From Candidatus Aenigmatarchaeota archaeon (GTDB taxonomy: Archaea; Aenigmatarchaeota; Aenigmatarchaeia; CG10238-14; SpSt-28): a stretch of DNA of 18,507 nucleotides. The DNA lies in contig JAVVFY010000011.1 in the NCBI GenBank assembly GCA_032249395.1, positions 1 to 18,507 of the forward strand, written 5' to 3'. The notes below the pieces were generated by a model that was not told where the DNA came from, did no database searches, and was given only the letters and a program-made list of their open reading frames with translations. Positions 17,489 to 18,507 of this stretch are shown here, one piece after another. How positions within the stretch are numbered: the first letter of the stretch is position 1; the number at the start of each line of letters is the position of its first letter. A program made the translations under genes and the position numbers.

Positions 17489-18027
17489 AAAATTTTCTCG
17501 ACCCCTTCTGTTAAGGAAGTTTTCATTTTACACTCCCTTTATAATAACGGTCCATCTACTATAAGAAATTTGAGAAGAGGGTATGCCCTCGAAATTATGT
17601 CTAAGTCAAAGTTAAATTCAGGATTCATTCGAATTCTCCAAGCACGAACATATGAAAAAACACCATTTTCAGATATTTATGATGAGTTAGCTAGAAGCTT
17701 AGAGAAAAAAATATGGATAATTTAAGAAAATTGCCTGATAACTACTTTTAGAAAGTTATTGGTTTTTTAAATTGGTATCAACCTAAGAAGATTCCTTCAT
17801 ATTATACTATCAAAAAAATTTTGAAAGATTTGGAAAAAATCGGTGTTGTCGGAAAAAGAAAATTAGAAGAAAGAAGAGCCGAGACAATCTATTTTCTCGC
17901 ACCAAAATTTTCAAAGCTTTGTTCGAAAACAGTAAGTTATCTAGAAGCATTAGTTCGCAAGAGGGATTTAACTTCAATTGAAGAAGAAGTTTATAGATAT
18001 ATAACAGTAAAAGATTCACTAGAATGA
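17489..18027 (+). pseudogene. Degraded winged-helix-like gene
   Basis: One frame reads EVFILHSLYNNGPSTIRNL...LEKK. There is an apparent frameshift at the A-run near 17705-17711, then an in-frame TAG near 17749, then PSYYTIKKILKDLEKIGVV, which continues into ORF 17821-18027. Confidence 0.45.
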
Positions 18028-18210
18028 TTCATACACATAAGAGCAAAATTCAGATCTTCAAAACCTTTCCGTATAGGATCAATATCAAACGAGAGCAATT
18101 TTCACATAAGCGCGAAAAAATTAGACACCATTTTCCGAGTTTTGAAAAATTCGTTTCACTTAAGTGCTAAAATAGACAAAAGCTATTAAAAAAAAAAACA
18201 ATATTATTTT

Positions 18211-18507
18211 ATGAGTCTAAAATCAATTTCATCTTTTATAGCAAGCGTTTTATTGATTGGATTTACTATTGGAACAGGCATTGTTATTTATTATTTTTTA
18301 ACAACTTTACCAAAAGTTCAAACTAAAGAAGTTTCTTCTTTAAGTCAGCAAGTTATTTCTTGCTCTGGAGGACTTTTTGATGTAAAAAATTTTTATGGTA
18401 TCTATAAAAAACCAATTACAATAGATAACACCCAAAATTCTAACACTTTAACTGATTATCAAGTTTTAGTTAATTTAGATACTCAAAGTTTAATTTCTCA
18501 AGGAAAA
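18211..18507 (+). CDS. Pilin/archaellin-like class III signal peptide protein with the start of a DUF2341-like domain (runs off the window)
   Basis: MSLKS/ISSFIASVLLIGFTIGTGIVIY, followed by YKKPITIDNTQNSNTLTDYQVLVNLDT. Confidence 0.75.
   Translation, partial: MSLKSISSFIASVLLIGFTIGTGIVIYYFLTTLPKVQTKEVSSLSQQVISCSGGLFDVKNFYGIYKKPITIDNTQNSNTLTDYQVLVNLDTQSLISQGK

Noticed and set aside
15941..17760. Stop-codon reassignment to explain the in-frame TAG/TGA codons
   Set aside because: Intact genes such as lhr end in TAG, long genes have no internal stops, and frameshifts co-occur with the stops.

Overview
AT-rich archaeal DNA, probably a thermophilic DPANN-type (Aenigmarchaeota-like) lineage; the taxonomy is my inference. 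The main feature is a stand-alone, GC-rich 23S rRNA gene on the minus strand (~995-5938) inside a bulge-helix-bulge (BHB) processing stem. It is interrupted by eight BHB introns totalling 1,916 nt, and removing them leaves ~3,030 nt. Two introns encode double-motif LAGLIDADG endonucleases whose ORFs have no stop inside the linear intron. Several small ORF-less introns look functional. The 51-nt intron is largely antisense to the peptidyl-transferase-centre (PTC) strand 2052-2079. The 85-nt intron has the layout of a box C/D guide RNA. The 45-nt intron has a D-box K-loop in register for C1920. The 100-nt intron appears to supply the promoter, RBS and start codon for its neighbour's endonuclease across an 8-nt exon. 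The PTC itself is highly divergent. The rest of the window holds a partial metallophosphoesterase, a SWIM-finger protein, uS2, MscS, Lhr helicase, YvcK, purA-purB, a decaying nuclease/methylase/HTH patch and a partial pilin-like DUF2341 protein. All E. coli rRNA numbers come from manual alignment from memory and may be off by 1-2 nt.
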